The notes below the pieces were generated by a model. It was not told where the DNA came from. It did not search any database and worked only from the letters and a program-made list of their open reading frames with translations. This document shows, in pieces, positions 55,539-57,149 of a stretch of DNA of 57,149 nt; positions within the stretch are counted from its first letter, which is position 1; each line of letters begins with the position of its first letter. The stretch lies in the IMG/VR virus record IMGVR_UViG_3300044830_000034, positions 1-57,149 of that record; one strand, 5' to 3'. Source of the stretch: a virus. Lineage: Duplodnaviria; Caudoviricetes. Both the position numbers and the translations under genes were made by a program.

Positions 55539-55763
55539 CTACGCCGCCCGCAGGGCTGCCCATTCGACCTCGAGGAACGCCAGACCTCGAGCGGCGTCGA
55601 CCTCGAGGACCCGCCCCGGCCCGGACAGCCCGCTCTCCGACTCGAGCACCACGACGTCCATGCCCACCTCGAGCGGACCGTCCGCATCCTCGAGGCCGAC
55701 GCGCGTCTGGTTCCCGCGAACGCGCACGTTCGGGTCGATCTCGACACTCGTCACCAGGATCAC
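55539..55763 (-). CDS. hypothetical protein
   Basis: VEIDPNVRVRGNQT... beta-rich ORF. Confidence 0.55.
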   Translation of the reverse strand: MILVTSVEIDPNVRVRGNQTRVGLEDADGPLEVGMDVVVLESESGLSGPGRVLEVDAARGLAFLEVEWAALRAA

Positions 55764-55772
55764 TGCTCGAGA

Positions 55773-55955
55773 CTACGCCGCGAGCTCTAGCCACTCCGCA
55801 TACAGCCCCGCGAGCCGCACCTGATCCGCGTCCGCCAGCGGAGCCCGTTCCACCAGAGCGTGGATCTCCCGGTTGACCACATCGAGCGACCGGGCCACCG
55901 CAGCCTCACGCGGACGCGGGCGCGCGGCAGCACAGGGGCAGGTCGGAGCGGGCAT
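55773..55955 (-). CDS. hypothetical protein
   Basis: RSLDVVNREIHAL...LYAEW; preceded by TGTCAC-N10-TAAGCT. Confidence 0.5.
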   Translation of the reverse strand: MPAPTCPCAAARPRPREAAVARSLDVVNREIHALVERAPLADADQVRLAGLYAEWLELAA

Positions 55956-55961
55956 GATCCA

Positions 55962-55983
55962 AGCTTAGGCGGCGGGTGTGACA
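55962..55983 (-). promoter_or_regulatory. PafBC/RecA-NDp-like promoter (leaderless)
   Basis: TGTCAC-N10-TAAGCT-N6-ATG. Confidence 0.5.
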
Positions 55984-56017
55984 GGGCGGTACCGCGCAGG
56001 CCGGACGGCATATACCA

Positions 56018-56287
56018 CTAATCGGCGGGCGGCTCCGGGGGAGCGGCGACGAACGTGCCCTTGCCCTGCACCGTGTACACCAGGCCCCGCTCCCGTAGCT
56101 CCCGCACAGCGCGCCGCGCCGTCAGCCGGGCCACCCCGTACTCCTCCGCCAGCCTGGCCTCCGCCGGGATCGGCCGGTCCACGACCAGCGTGCCCGCCGC
56201 GATCTGCGCCGCCACGATGTCGGCGAGCTGCTGGTACACCGGCCGGCCCGACTCGTGGTCAATGAGGTCACGCGGATCGTCACTCAC
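56018..56287 (-). CDS. GntR-family wHTH regulator (HTH only)
   Basis: PVYQQLAD..IPAEARLAEEYGVARLTARRAVRELRERGLVYTVQGKGTFV. Confidence 0.9.
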   Translation of the reverse strand: MSDDPRDLIDHESGRPVYQQLADIVAAQIAAGTLVVDRPIPAEARLAEEYGVARLTARRAVRELRERGLVYTVQGKGTFVAAPPEPPAD

Positions 56288-56417
56288 ACGATCAACGTAG
56301 ACACCCGCTGACCTGCACGCTTCTCCAGATCCCTCCGCACTCCTCTACAGAGGTCTACATCGGGGTATACCGTAGGAGCACGAAAAATCCCCGCAGCCGC
56401 TTGCGACGGCCCGGGGG

Positions 56418-56663
56418 ATGGACGACCCGAGTGAGGAGCAGGTCGACATGCAAGAGAATACCGGCGACGCGGCCACCGCAGTGAGTCCCCCGCCACGGCA
56501 ATTCGCCTCGCTGGAGTCGACCGCGGTGCCGGACACCGTCACCCGCGAGGACGGCAGCGTGCAGACCGGCACGATCCTCGTCGTCCACGCCCCCGGCGCC
56601 CCAGTGCCCGCCCAGATGCGGCACACCTGCGGCCCCACGTGCGGTCGGCGGCGCACCCCGTGA
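56418..56663 (+). CDS. hypothetical protein
   Basis: divergent from GntR. Confidence 0.4.
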   Translation: MDDPSEEQVDMQENTGDAATAVSPPPRQFASLESTAVPDTVTREDGSVQTGTILVVHAPGAPVPAQMRHTCGPTCGRRRTP

Positions 56664-56845
56664 CCCGCTGGTGCTGCATCCACCACGGCCCCGTCCAGGA
56701 CGAGGATGCGCAGATCGTCGGCGCCGTCGAAACCGGCTCCGGGCCCGGCATGCCCACCTACGCCTGTATCGGCTGCATCCGCGCCCACGGGATCGTGCCG
56801 CTGACCGCAGCCCGGCGGGACGTCCCGCACGGGGAGCCCGTATGA
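56660..56845 (+). CDS. small zinc-binding protein
   Basis: WCCIH...ETGSGPG..YACIGC. Confidence 0.6.
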   Translation: MTRWCCIHHGPVQDEDAQIVGAVETGSGPGMPTYACIGCIRAHGIVPLTAARRDVPHGEPV

Positions 56846-57015
56846 CGCCCCGGCGGTGCGACCGCTGCGACCGGACCGTCACGGACTGGACCGCGCGCCC
56901 CGTCGAGGACGACCACGGCCCCCTTGAGGTCACCTGGTGCGCGGACCCCGCCGCCTGCAACCAGGCGCGCGCAGAGGCCGCGAACAGCCGCACACGGCGC
57001 GCACTGCCCGCATAG
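56842..57015 (+). CDS. small Cys-rich hypothetical protein
   Basis: CDRCD...C....C; ATGA overlap. Confidence 0.5.
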   Translation: MTPRRCDRCDRTVTDWTARPVEDDHGPLEVTWCADPAACNQARAEAANSRTRRALPA

Positions 57016-57149
57016 CCGGGCCCCGGCGGGACGGCAAAGGCCGCCGGTGGTCCTGTTCCGTCGTCGCTCGTCGCCCCCGTCGGGCGGCGGCGGGACAAAT
57101 CCCGGCACCCGGGGCAGAGTTGCGCCTTTTTCCCGCCCGAGGGGTGGAC

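Overview
High-GC actinobacterial (Streptomyces/Kitasatospora-like) temperate siphovirus-type element; no host housekeeping genes or att sites are visible. Left to right: (1) 0-7 kb, an AICE/plasmid-type conjugation module (SpdB-like membrane protein, TraB FtsK/SpoIIIE ATPase, clt-like CCCGGAC repeats); (2) 7-16.5 kb, small accessory genes, a candidate late promoter/terminator, a tailspike-like gene and an HNH endonuclease; (3) 16.7-37 kb, a complete head-tail module, including a phage-encoded mini Prp protease between scaffold and capsid, which share an N-terminal WFxLxRHD motif; (4) 37-42.3 kb, a secreted sialidase and an extended lysis cassette; (5) 42.4-44.5 kb, a PafBC-type promoter driving three tandem Y-RNA-like ncRNAs (two with circularly permuted tRNA domains that retain Arg- and Glu-like anticodon loops), followed by a Ro60/Rsr (TROVE-vWA) gene; (6) 44.7-57 kb, a Cre/Xer-like recombinase with a dif-like site, an Rnl2-like RNA ligase, a stand-alone WYL protein, an HTH switch, a 537-bp transposase-less mini-transposon, a BRO/RhuM fusion and GntR. 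All family calls come from motif recognition by eye, not database searches.
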